NCBI RefSeq assembly: GCF_000006765.1
Contig: NC_002516.2
Length of the DNA: 64,000 nucleotides
Reading direction: 5' to 3' (one strand)
From: Pseudomonas aeruginosa PAO1
GTDB taxonomy: Bacteria > Pseudomonadota > Gammaproteobacteria > Pseudomonadales > Pseudomonadaceae
The translations under genes and the position numbers were made by a program. The notes under the pieces are model-generated. The model saw only the letters and a list, made by a program, of their open reading frames with translations, did no database searches and was not told the origin of the DNA. This document shows, one piece after another, positions 1-8,616 of this stretch (the first letter of the stretch is position 1; the number at the start of each line of letters is the position of its first letter).

Positions 1-808
1 GGTCCTTGCTGGTGTGGCTGAACAGGACATCGTAGAAACCCCACTGCGGCGCGCTGAGCACGCCGGGAATGCCCATCTCGCCGCGCAAGGCGATGTCCGC
101 CAGGCGCACGCCGCGGCTCGTCGCGTCGCCAGCGGCCCAGGACTTGCGCGAGCCGGCGTTCGGTGCGTGACGGTAGGTGCGCAGGGCCTGGCCGTCGACG
201 AAGGCGTGGGAGAGGGCGGCCAGCAGTTGCTCGCGGTCGGCCCCCATCAGCTTGGCGCAGACGGCGGTGGACGCGACCTTGACCAGCAGCACATGGTCGA
301 GGCCGACGCGATTGAACGAGTTCTCCAGGGCGATCACGCCCTGGATCTCGTGGGCCATGATCATCGCTTCCAGTACCTGGCGCATGCTCAGCGGCGCTTC
401 GCCGTTGGCCAGGCGTTTCTGCGAGAGGTGGTCGGCGACGGCGAGGATGCCGCCGAGGTTGTCCGAGGGATGGCCCCACTCGGCGGCCAGCCAGGTGTCG
501 TTGTAGTCCAGCCAGCGGACGATGCAGCCGATGTCCCAGGCGGCCTTGACCGGGTCGAGCCGGAAGGAGGTGCCCGGCACCCGCGCGCCGTGCGGGACCA
601 GGGTGCCCTCGACCAGCGGGCCGAGGTGCTTGGTGCATTCCGGGAAGCGCAGCGCCAGCAGGCCGCAGCCGAGGGTATCCATCAGGCAGTTGCGGGCGGT
701 GTCCAGGGCCTCCGTGGAATCGATGCGGTAGTCCAGCACGTAGTCGGCGATGTCCTGCAGGACGGCGTCGTAGTCGGGACGTTGGTTGAGATCGACGTTG
801 GCACTCAT
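1..808 (-). CDS. prpD: 2-methylcitrate dehydratase, 5' part only; runs off the window edge (PA0792)
   Basis: Manual translation from ATG at 808 gives [64 protein letters not shown], a typical PrpD N-terminus. It is absent from the ORF track because no stop lies in the window. Last gene of the prp operon. Confidence 0.93.
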   Translation of the reverse strand, partial: MSANVDLNQRPDYDAVLQDIADYVLDYRIDSTEALDTARNCLMDTLGCGLLALRFPECTKHLGPLVEGTLVPHGARVPGTSFRLDPVKAAWDIGCIVRWLDYNDTWLAAEWGHPSDNLGGILAVADHLSQKRLANGEAPLSMRQVLEAMIMAHEIQGVIALENSFNRVGLDHVLLVKVASTAVCAKLMGADREQLLAALSHAFVDGQALRTYRHAPNAGSRKSWAAGDATSRGVRLADIALRGEMGIPGVLSAPQWGFYDVLFSHTSKD

Positions 809-895
809 CGCGTACTCCAGTGGTTCGTAAGTGGTGGGTTTCCTCTCGGGTCAGGCTGGTTCGGGGATGGTTTTTCTTGTCGTGGCTGCAAGACG

Positions 896-929
896 CCCCG
901 GCCTTTCGCGGTGGCGGAAGGCCGGGGCA
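896..929. terminator. GC-rich intercistronic stem-loop between prpF and prpD
   Basis: GCCCCGGCCTTTCGC-ggtg-GCGGAAGGCCGGGGC inverted repeat. No strong U-tract, so it may be an mRNA stabiliser or weak terminator. Confidence 0.5.
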
Positions 930-942
930 AGGATAGGTCGGT

Positions 943-2130
943 TCAGAAGGCGTCGCCGGGTACGCGCACCCAGCCTTCCATGAGGATTCGCGCGCTGCGG
1001 CTCATGATCGCCTTGGTCACCGTCCATTCGCCGTTCGCCTGGCTGGCCTCGGCGCCCACTCGCAGGGTGCCGGAGGGATGGCCGAAGCGTACCGCGCTGC
1101 GTTCGCCGCCGCCGGCGGCGAGGTTCACCAGGGTGCCGGGAATGGCTGCGGCGGTGCCGATGGCCACCGCCGCGGTACCCATCATCGCGTGGTGCAGCTT
1201 GCCCATGGACAGCGCGCGGACCAGCAGGTCGATATCGCCGGCCGCCACCAGCTTGCCGCTGGCGGTGCGGTAGTCGCGGGGCGGGGCGACGAAGGCGATC
1301 TTCGGCGTGTGCTGGCGGGTCGCGGCTTCCTCGGGGGTCTTGATCAGGCCCATGCGCAGGGCACCGGCGACGCGGATCCGTTCGAAGCGCGCCAGTTGCT
1401 GCGGGTCGCCGTTGATCTCTTCGCGCAGCTCGGTGCCGCGGTAGCCGATCTCCTCGGCATTGACGAACACCGTGGGAATCCCGGCGTTGATCATGGTCGC
1501 CTTGAAGGTGCCGACCCCCGGCACCTCCAGGTCGTCCACCAGGTTGCCGGTGGGGAATATGGCGCCGCCGTCCTCGCCGTCGTCGGACGGGTCGAGGAAC
1601 TCCAGCACGATCTCGGCCGCCGGGAAGGTCACTCCGTCCAGCTCGAAGTCGCCGGTTTCCTGGACTTGGCCGCCGCTCACCGGCACGTGGGCGATGATGG
1701 TCTTGCCGATATTGGCCTGCCAGATGCGCACCTCGCAGATGCCGTCTTCCGGTATCCGCGCCGGATCCACCAGCCCGGCGTGCAGGGCGAAGGCGCCGGC
1801 CCCGGTGGAGAGGTTGCCGCAGTTGCCGCTCCAGTCGACGAAGGGCTTGTCGATGGAGACCTGGCCGTAGAGGTAGTCGACGTCATGGCCCGGCTGGCTG
1901 CTCTTCGAGAGGATCACGCACTTGCTGGTGCTGGAGGTGGCGCCGCCCATCCCGTCGATGTGCGCGGCATAGGGGTCGGGACTGCCGATCACCCGCATGA
2001 ACAGCCGGTCGCGCGCCTCGCCGGGGACCCGGCAGGATTCCGGCAGGTCTTCCAGGCGGAAGAACACGCCCTTGCTGGTGCCGCCGCGCAGGTAGGTGGC
2101 GGGGATGCGGATCTGGGGTGGGTGGGCCAT
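943..2130 (-). CDS. prpF: 2-methylaconitate cis-trans isomerase PrpF (PA0793)
   Basis: 395 aa; N-terminal YLRGGTSKGVFF, GGATSSTSK, DWSGNCGNL and C-terminal RSARILMEG motifs; adjacent to acnD. Confidence 0.95.
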   Translation of the reverse strand: MAHPPQIRIPATYLRGGTSKGVFFRLEDLPESCRVPGEARDRLFMRVIGSPDPYAAHIDGMGGATSSTSKCVILSKSSQPGHDVDYLYGQVSIDKPFVDWSGNCGNLSTGAGAFALHAGLVDPARIPEDGICEVRIWQANIGKTIIAHVPVSGGQVQETGDFELDGVTFPAAEIVLEFLDPSDDGEDGGAIFPTGNLVDDLEVPGVGTFKATMINAGIPTVFVNAEEIGYRGTELREEINGDPQQLARFERIRVAGALRMGLIKTPEEAATRQHTPKIAFVAPPRDYRTASGKLVAAGDIDLLVRALSMGKLHHAMMGTAAVAIGTAAAIPGTLVNLAAGGGERSAVRFGHPSGTLRVGAEASQANGEWTVTKAIMSRSARILMEGWVRVPGDAF

Positions 2131-2160
2131 GCGTCGTCGTCCTCGGCAATCGAATTCAAG

Positions 2161-2189
2161 GGCAGCGGCTGCGTTCGACAGCCGCTGCC
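2161..2189. repeat. Perfect 11-bp intercistronic hairpin
   Basis: GGCAGCGGCTG-cgttcga-CAGCCGCTGCC between acnD and prpF. Confidence 0.7.
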
Positions 2190-2196
2190 GGTCGTC

Positions 2197-2227
2197 GGCG
2201 GATGACGCTACGCGTCGTCCGTCCTAC
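2197..2227 (-). repeat. GTAG-family REP-like palindrome
   Basis: Minus strand reads GTAGGACGGACGACGCGTAGCGTCATCCGCC: a GTAG tetranucleotide followed by an imperfect palindrome, resembling P. aeruginosa REPs (GTAGGGCGGATAACG...CGTTATCCGCC). Confidence 0.6.
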
Positions 2228-2248
2228 CAGGGTGTTTCGCCGGCGCCA

Positions 2249-4855
2249 TCAGGCGCCGGCCGCCTCCAGGAAGTCCTGGGCGAAGCGTTGCAGTACGCCG
2301 CCGGCTTCGTAGATGGAGACTTCCTCGTCGCTGTCCAGGCGGCAGGTCACCGGCACTTCGAGCCGCTCCCCGTCGCGCCGGTGGATGACCAGGGTCAGGT
2401 CGGCGCGCGGCCGGCGAGCGCCGAGCACGTCGAAGGTCTCGCTGCCGTCGATCCCCAGGGTCAGGCGGGTGGTACCCGGCTTGAACTCCAGCGGCAGCAC
2501 GCCCATGCCGATCAGGTTGGTGCGGTGGATGCGCTCGAAGCCCTCGGCGACGATCGCCTCCACCCCGGCCAGGCGCACGCCCTTGGCCGCCCAGTCGCGC
2601 GAAGAACCCTGCCCGTAGTCGGCGCCGGCGACGATGATCAGCGGCTGCTTGCGCTCCATGTAGGTCTCGATGGCTTCCCACATGCGCATCACCTTGCCTT
2701 CCGGCTCGACCCGCGCCAGCGAACCCTGCTTCACGCTGCCGTCGGCGTTGCGCACCATCTCGTTGAACAGCTTCGGGTTGGCGAAGGTCGCGCGTTGCGC
2801 GGTGAGGTGGTCGCCGCGGTGGGTGGCGTAGGAGTTGAAGTCCTCCTCGGGCAGGCCCATTTTCGCCAGGTATTCGCCTGCCGCACTGTCGGCGAGGATC
2901 GCGTTGGACGGCGACAGGTGGTCGGTGGTGATGTTGTCCGGCAGCACCGCCAGCGGGCGCATGCCGCGCAGGGTGCGTTCGCCGGCGAGGGCGCCTTCCC
3001 AGTACGGCGGGCGGCGGATGTAGGTGCTCGTCGGGCGCCAGGCGTAGAGCGGGTCGACCTTCTCGCGCTCGCCGTGGGTGATGTCGAACATCGGGATGTA
3101 GACCTGGCGGAACTGCTCGGGCTTCACCGCCGCCCTGACCACCGCGTCGATCTCCTCGTCGCTCGGCCAGAGGTCCTTCAGGCGGATCTCCTTGCCGTCC
3201 ACCACGCCGAGCACGTCGCGCTCGATGTCGAAGCGGATGGTCCCGGCGATGGCGTAGGCCACCACCAGCGGCGGCGAGGCGAGGAAGGCCTGCTTGGCGT
3301 AGGGGTGGATGCGCCCGTCGAAGTTGCGGTTGCCGGAGAGCACCGCGGTGGCGTACAGGTCGCGCTCGACGATCTCCCGCTGGATCGCCGGGTCGAGGGC
3401 GCCGGACATGCCGTTGCAAGACGTGCAGGCGTAGGCCACCACGCCGAAGCCGAGGGCTTCCAGGTGCGGCAGCAGGCCGGCTTCGCGCAGGTATTCGGTG
3501 ACCACCTTGGAGCCGGGTGCCAGCGAGGTCTTCACCCATGGCTTGCGGACCAGGCCGAGGCGGTCGGCGTTGCGCGCCAGCAGGCCGGCGGCGATCACGT
3601 TGCGCGGGTTGCTGGTGTTGGTGCAACTGGTGATCGCGGCGATGATCACCGCGCCGTCCGGCATCAGGCCCTCGGCTTCCTCGGCGCGGGCCCGCTCGAG
3701 GTTGCCGGCGATGCCTTTCGCCGCCAGTTCGCTGGTGGCGACCCTGGCGTGCGGATTGGACGGGCCGGCCATGTTGCGCACCACGCTGGACAGGTCGAAC
3801 TTCAGTACCCGCTCGTACTCGGCGTCGACCAGGCTGTCGGCCCAGAGTCCGGCGGTGCGCGCATAGGCCTCCACCAGGGCGACCTGCTCGTCGTCGCGGC
3901 CGGTGAGGCGCAGGTAGTCGATGGTCTGCTGGTCGATGGCGAACATCGCCGCGGTGGCGCCGTATTCCGGAGCCATGTTGGAGATGGTCGCGCGGTCGCC
4001 GAGGGTCAGGCTGGAGGCGCCTTCGCCGTAGAACTCCAGGTAGGCGCCGACCACCTTCTGCTTGCGCAGGAACTCGGTCAGGGCCAGCACCACGTCGGTG
4101 GCGGTGATGCCCGGCTGGCGACGGCCGCTCAGCTCGACGCCGACGATGTCCGGCAGGCGCATCCAGGAGGCGCGGCCGAGCATCACGTTTTCCGCTTCCA
4201 GGCCGCCGACGCCGATGGCGATCACGCCCAGGGCGTCGACGTGCGGGGTATGGCTGTCGGTGCCCACGCAGGTATCGGGGAAGGCCACGCCGTCGCGCGC
4301 CTGGATCACCGGCGACATTTTCTCCAGGTTGATCTGGTGCATGATGCCGTTGCCCGGCGGGATCACGTCGACGTTGCGGAAGGCCTGCTTGGTCCAGTCG
4401 ATGAAGTGGAAGCGGTCCTCGTTGCGGCGGTCCTCGATGGCGCGGTTCTTGGCGAAGGCCTCGGGGTCGTAGCCGCCGCATTCCACCGCCAGCGAGTGGT
4501 CGACGATCAGTTGCACCGGCACCACCGGGTTGACCTGGGCCGGGTCGCCGCCCTTGTCGGCGATGGCGTCGCGCAGGCCGGCGAGGTCGACCAGCGCGGT
4601 CTGCCCGAGGATGTCATGGCAGACCACCCGCGCCGGGTACCAGGGGAAGTCGAGGTCGCGCTTGCGCTCGACCAGTTGGCGCAGCGAAGCCTCCAGGGTC
4701 GCCGGGTCGCAGCGGCGCACCAGGTTCTCGGCGAGCACGCGGGAGGTATAGGGCAGCTTGGCGTAGGCGCCGGGCTGGATCGCCTCGACCGCCTCGCGGG
4801 CGTCGAAGTAGTCCAGGCGGGTGCCGGGGAGCGGTTTGCGGTGTGCGCTGTTCAT
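2249..4855 (-). CDS. acnD: Fe/S-dependent 2-methylisocitrate dehydratase AcnD (PA0794)
   Basis: 868 aa aconitase-family protein with DSHT, AAITSCTNTSNP, YACTSCNGMSG and NRNFDGRIHP motifs; lies in the prp operon next to prpF. Confidence 0.95.
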   Translation of the reverse strand: MNSAHRKPLPGTRLDYFDAREAVEAIQPGAYAKLPYTSRVLAENLVRRCDPATLEASLRQLVERKRDLDFPWYPARVVCHDILGQTALVDLAGLRDAIADKGGDPAQVNPVVPVQLIVDHSLAVECGGYDPEAFAKNRAIEDRRNEDRFHFIDWTKQAFRNVDVIPPGNGIMHQINLEKMSPVIQARDGVAFPDTCVGTDSHTPHVDALGVIAIGVGGLEAENVMLGRASWMRLPDIVGVELSGRRQPGITATDVVLALTEFLRKQKVVGAYLEFYGEGASSLTLGDRATISNMAPEYGATAAMFAIDQQTIDYLRLTGRDDEQVALVEAYARTAGLWADSLVDAEYERVLKFDLSSVVRNMAGPSNPHARVATSELAAKGIAGNLERARAEEAEGLMPDGAVIIAAITSCTNTSNPRNVIAAGLLARNADRLGLVRKPWVKTSLAPGSKVVTEYLREAGLLPHLEALGFGVVAYACTSCNGMSGALDPAIQREIVERDLYATAVLSGNRNFDGRIHPYAKQAFLASPPLVVAYAIAGTIRFDIERDVLGVVDGKEIRLKDLWPSDEEIDAVVRAAVKPEQFRQVYIPMFDITHGEREKVDPLYAWRPTSTYIRRPPYWEGALAGERTLRGMRPLAVLPDNITTDHLSPSNAILADSAAGEYLAKMGLPEEDFNSYATHRGDHLTAQRATFANPKLFNEMVRNADGSVKQGSLARVEPEGKVMRMWEAIETYMERKQPLIIVAGADYGQGSSRDWAAKGVRLAGVEAIVAEGFERIHRTNLIGMGVLPLEFKPGTTRLTLGIDGSETFDVLGARRPRADLTLVIHRRDGERLEVPVTCRLDSDEEVSIYEAGGVLQRFAQDFLEAAGA

Positions 4856-4944
4856 GGCTCGGACTCAATCACGGGGTGTTCGGAAGCGTGTCGCTCGCGC
4901 CGTGGCGCAGCCCACGCCGGCCTTTCGAATTCTGGGTGCGGCAA

Positions 4945-4979
4945 CCGTCCGGCGCGCTCGCGTTCGGCGCGCCGGACGG
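4945..4979. repeat. Perfect 13-bp hairpin just downstream of the prpC stop
   Basis: CCGTCCGGCGCGC-9 nt-GCGCGCCGGACGG. Confidence 0.7.
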
Positions 4980-4985
4980 CATGGA

Positions 4986-6113
4986 TCAGCGTTGCTCCAG
5001 CGGCACGAACGCACGCTGTTCGACGCCGGTGTACTCGGCGCTCGGGCGGATGATGCGGTTGTTGGCGCGCTGTTCGAAGACGTGGGCGGTCCAGCCGCTG
5101 GTCCGCGAGCAGACGAAGATCGGCGTGAACAGCTTGGTCGGGATGCCCATGAAGTGATACGCCGAGGCGTGGTAGAAGTCGGCGTTGGGGAACAGCTTCT
5201 TCTGCTCCCACATGGTCTTGTCGATGGCCTCGGAAACCGCGAACAGGACCTTGTCGCCGACCTCGTCGGCGAGCTGCTTCGACCAACCCTTGATCACTTC
5301 GTTGCGTGGGTCGGAATCCTTGTAGATGGCATGCCCGAAGCCCATGATCTTGTCCTTGCGCTCGAGCATCTTCAGCAGCTCGGCGGTGGCTTCCTGCGGC
5401 GAAGAGAAGCGTTCGATCAGTTCCATCGCCGCCTCGTTGGCGCCGCCGTGCAGCGGGCCGCGCAGCGAGCCGATGGCGCCGGTGACGCAGGAGTAGAGGT
5501 CGGACAGGGTCGAGGCGCAAACCCGCGCGGTGAAGGTGGATGCGTTGAACTCATGCTCGGCGTAGAGGATCAGCGAGACGTTCATCACCTTCACGTGCAG
5601 CTCGCTGGGCTTCTTGCCGTGGAGCAGGGCGAGGAAGTGCCCGCCGATGGTCGGCTCGTCGCTGTTGCAGTCGATGCGCTGGCCTTCGTGGGTGAAGCGG
5701 TACCAGTAGGTCATGATCGCCGGGAAGGCGGCGAGCAGGCGGTCGGCGACGTCGCGCTGCTGGTCGAAGCTCAGCTCCGGTTCCAGGGTGCCGAGGACCG
5801 AGGCGCCAGTGCGCATCACGTCCATCGGGTGGGCGTCCTTGGGAATCCGTTCGAGAACTTCCTTCAGCGCCTGCGGCAGGTCGCGCTGGCCCTGGAGCTT
5901 CTTCAGGTAGGCGTCGAGCTGTTGCTTGTTCGGCAGTTCGCCGTAGAGCAGCAGGTAGGCGACTTCCTCGAAGATCGCCGCCGCCGCCAGGTCGCGGACG
6001 TCGTAGCCACGGTAGGTCAGGCCGGCGCCTTCCTGGCCGACGGTGGACAGGGCTGTCTGACCGGCCACCTGGCCACGCAGGCCGGCGCCACTCAGTACTT
6101 TTGCTTCAGCCAT
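4986..6113 (-). CDS. prpC: 2-methylcitrate synthase (PA0795)
   Basis: 375 aa citrate-synthase family; AEHEFNASTF, GPLHGGANE, MGFGHAIYK and FPNADF motifs. Confidence 0.96.
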   Translation of the reverse strand: MAEAKVLSGAGLRGQVAGQTALSTVGQEGAGLTYRGYDVRDLAAAAIFEEVAYLLLYGELPNKQQLDAYLKKLQGQRDLPQALKEVLERIPKDAHPMDVMRTGASVLGTLEPELSFDQQRDVADRLLAAFPAIMTYWYRFTHEGQRIDCNSDEPTIGGHFLALLHGKKPSELHVKVMNVSLILYAEHEFNASTFTARVCASTLSDLYSCVTGAIGSLRGPLHGGANEAAMELIERFSSPQEATAELLKMLERKDKIMGFGHAIYKDSDPRNEVIKGWSKQLADEVGDKVLFAVSEAIDKTMWEQKKLFPNADFYHASAYHFMGIPTKLFTPIFVCSRTSGWTAHVFEQRANNRIIRPSAEYTGVEQRAFVPLEQR

Positions 6114-6205
6114 TGCTCTCTCCTTTCTTGAACTTTTTCTGGATGCTGCAACTCGGTTTCACGGGGTTCGCGGACCGGCGCTCAGGCGCACGCCGGGCTC
6201 GATGT

Positions 6206-7102
6206 TCAGGCGTTCTTCTTCTGCGCGAAGAGCGCGTCGAGCTTCTGCTCGAAGCTGTGGTAATCGATGCGATCGTACAGCTCCATGCGGGTCTGCATGG
6301 TATCGATCACATTCTTCTGGGTGCCGTCGCGACGGATCGCGGTGTAGACGTTCTCCGCCGCCTTGTTCATGGCGCGGAAGGCCGACAGCGGGTAGAGCAC
6401 CAGGGACACGTCGGCGGAGGCCAGTTCGTCGGTGGTGAACAGCGGGGTGGCGCCGAACTCGGTGATGTTGGCCAGCACCGGCACCTTCACCGCGGCGGCG
6501 AATTCCTTGTACATGGCCAGTTCGGTCATGGCTTCCGGGAAGATCATGTCGGCACCGGCCTCGACACAGGCGCAGGCGCGGTCGATGGCGGCCTGCAGGC
6601 CTTCCACGGCCAGCGCGTCGGTGCGCGCCATGATCACGAAGGAGTCGTCGCTGCGGGCATCGACGGCGGCCTTGATGCGGTCGACCATCTCCTGCTGCGA
6701 GACGATCTCCTTGTTCGGCCGATGGCCGCAGCGCTTGGCGCCGACCTGGTCCTCGATATGCATCGCGGCGGCGCCGAACTTGATCATCGACTTCACCGTG
6801 CGGGCGACGTTGAACGCCGAGGAGCCGAAGCCGGTGTCGACGTCCACCAGCAGCGGCAGGTCGCAGACGTCGGTGATCCGGCGCACGTCGGTGAGCACGT
6901 CGTCGAGGCCGCTGATACCCAGGTCCGGCAGGCCCAGGGAACCGGCGGCGACGCCGCCGCCGGACAGGTAGATGGCCTTGAAGCCGGCGCGCTTGGCCAG
7001 CAGGGCGTGGTTGGCGTTGATGGTGCCGACCACCTGCAGCGGGTGTTCGGTGGCCACGGCTTCGCGGAAGCGCTGGCCGGGGGTAAGGGACGTCTGGCTC
7101 AT
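6206..7102 (-). CDS. prpB: 2-methylisocitrate lyase (PA0796)
   Basis: Start taken as ATG at 7102 (MSQTSLTPG), 298 aa; [17 protein letters not shown] signature of methylisocitrate lyase. Confidence 0.96.
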   Translation of the reverse strand: MSQTSLTPGQRFREAVATEHPLQVVGTINANHALLAKRAGFKAIYLSGGGVAAGSLGLPDLGISGLDDVLTDVRRITDVCDLPLLVDVDTGFGSSAFNVARTVKSMIKFGAAAMHIEDQVGAKRCGHRPNKEIVSQQEMVDRIKAAVDARSDDSFVIMARTDALAVEGLQAAIDRACACVEAGADMIFPEAMTELAMYKEFAAAVKVPVLANITEFGATPLFTTDELASADVSLVLYPLSAFRAMNKAAENVYTAIRRDGTQKNVIDTMQTRMELYDRIDYHSFEQKLDALFAQKKNA

Positions 7103-7112
7103 CACGGACCTC

Positions 7113-7835
7113 TTAGACGGTGGAGGAAGCGGAGGCGAGCTTCGCCGGCTGGGGTTCCAGCTGGCGCTCGATATTGCGGCGCGACGCACTGATGTGGCGG
7201 CGCATCAGCAGCTCGGCCAGTTCGCCGTCACGGTCGGCGATGGCGTCGAGAATGCGGTGGTGTTCGGCGAAGGCCTGGCGCGGCCGGTTCGGCGTGGTCG
7301 AGTACTGGATGCGGTACATCCGCACCAGTTGGTAGAGCTCGCCGCAGAGCATGCGGGTGAGAGTGGCGTTGCCGCTGCCCTGGATGATCCGGTAGTGGAA
7401 GTCGTAGTCGCCTTCCTGCTGGTAATAGCCGCGCCCGGCCTGGAACGCCTCGTCGCGCTCGTGGGTGTCGAGCACTCGGCGCAACTCGTCGATCTCGGCC
7501 TGGCTCATGCGCTCGGCGGCCAGTCGGCAGGCCATGCCTTCCAGGGACTCGCGGATCTCGTAGAGCTCGATCAGCTCGGCGTGGCTCAGCGACACCACCC
7601 GCGCCCCGACATGCGGCACCCGCACCAGCAGGCGCAGGCCTTCCAGGCGGTGGATCGCCTCGCGCAGCGGGCCGCGGCTGATGCCGTAGGTGCGCGCCAG
7701 CTCCGGCTCGGAGATCTTGCTGCCCGGCGCGATCTCGCCGCTGACGATGGCGCTCTGGATCTTGCGGAAGACGTGTTCCGACAAGGTCTCTCCGTCGTCA
7801 TGGGCAATCTCGAGAGGGGGCGGGTTCTGGGTCAT
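7113..7835 (-). CDS. prpR: GntR/FadR-family regulator of the prp operon (PA0797)
   Basis: 240 aa; N-terminal wHTH ([26 protein letters not shown]) plus FCD domain; first gene of the prp operon. Confidence 0.9.
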   Translation of the reverse strand: MTQNPPPLEIAHDDGETLSEHVFRKIQSAIVSGEIAPGSKISEPELARTYGISRGPLREAIHRLEGLRLLVRVPHVGARVVSLSHAELIELYEIRESLEGMACRLAAERMSQAEIDELRRVLDTHERDEAFQAGRGYYQQEGDYDFHYRIIQGSGNATLTRMLCGELYQLVRMYRIQYSTTPNRPRQAFAEHHRILDAIADRDGELAELLMRRHISASRRNIERQLEPQPAKLASASSTV

Positions 7836-7856
7836 GGTACTGGCTGTCCGGGTCGA

Positions 7857-7931
7857 TGTGTCGACAATGTTTGCGAAAGCTACCGCCTGGATTGCGTGGG
7901 GTCAATCATTCGTCGCTTGATTGTCGACAAT
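7857..7931. promoter_or_regulatory. Two PrpR(GntR)-type operators
   Basis: Perfect 12-bp palindrome ATTGTCGACAAT at 7920-7931 and a 10/12 copy TGTGTCGACAAT at 7857-7868, upstream of prpR. Matches the motif I recall for GntR-type PrpR in gammaproteobacteria. Confidence 0.8.
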
Positions 7932-7991
7932 CGTCTAATGCATCGCTGGTCTATGCTTTCCCCTCCAGCCGCTGTGCCAGGAGAGAGTTTC

Positions 7992-8603
7992 GTGGGCATC
8001 TATGACCGTTACGTGTTGCCGCGCCTGATCGACTTCGCCTGCGGCATGGGCGACGTGATGAAGCAGCGTTCGCTGCTGGTGCCGCGCGCCCATGGGCGGG
8101 TGCTGGAGATCGGTCTGGGCACCGGGCTCAACCTGGGCTTCTACGACGCGGCGAAGGTGTCGGCGATCGTCGGCGTCGACCCGGCCGCGCAAATGCAGGC
8201 GCTGGCCCGCGAGCGCGCGGCGCAAATCGGCATCCCGGTGGAAATGGTCGCCCTCGAGCTTGGCGAGATCCGCGCCGAGGCGGAAAGCTTCGACACCATC
8301 GTCTGCACTTTCACCCTTTGCTCCATCGCCGCGCCGCTGCCGGCGCTGGGCGAGATGCGTCGGGTGCTGAAGCGTGGCGGCGAATTGCTGTTCTGCGAGC
8401 ACGGGCGCGCGCCGGACGCCTCGGTGCTGGCCTGGCAACGGCGCCTGACGCCCTGGTGGAAACCGCTGGCCGGCGGTTGCCATCTGGACCGCGACATGCC
8501 GGCCTTGCTGCGCGAGGCCGGCTTTCGCATCGACGAGCTGGAACAGGGCTACCTGCCCGGGCCGCGGCCGATGACCTACGTCTACCGCGGCGTCGCGCGC
8601 TGA
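7992..8603 (+). CDS. pmtA: Class I SAM-dependent methyltransferase (PA0798)
   Basis: GTG start after GGAGAGAG, 203 aa; VLEIGLGTGLN SAM motif I and FDTIVCTFTLCSI. Confidence 0.85.
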   Translation: MGIYDRYVLPRLIDFACGMGDVMKQRSLLVPRAHGRVLEIGLGTGLNLGFYDAAKVSAIVGVDPAAQMQALARERAAQIGIPVEMVALELGEIRAEAESFDTIVCTFTLCSIAAPLPALGEMRRVLKRGGELLFCEHGRAPDASVLAWQRRLTPWWKPLAGGCHLDRDMPALLREAGFRIDELEQGYLPGPRPMTYVYRGVAR

Positions 8604-8616
8604 ATCCGGGCGGCCC

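Noticed and set aside
14-1273. 419-aa + strand ORF over prpD/prpF
   Set aside because: Antisense shadow of real minus-strand genes caused by GC3 bias; no recognisable motifs.
2096-5053. 985-aa + strand ORF
   Set aside because: Mirror frame of acnD. The same artefact explains most long opposite-strand ORFs in the track, e.g. 40407-41936, 43667-44773 and 53756-55801.
6972-7991. Long N-terminal extension of the methyltransferase ORF (543 aa)
   Set aside because: Overlaps prpR and prpB antisense; homology-like sequence and an RBS begin only at GTG 7992.
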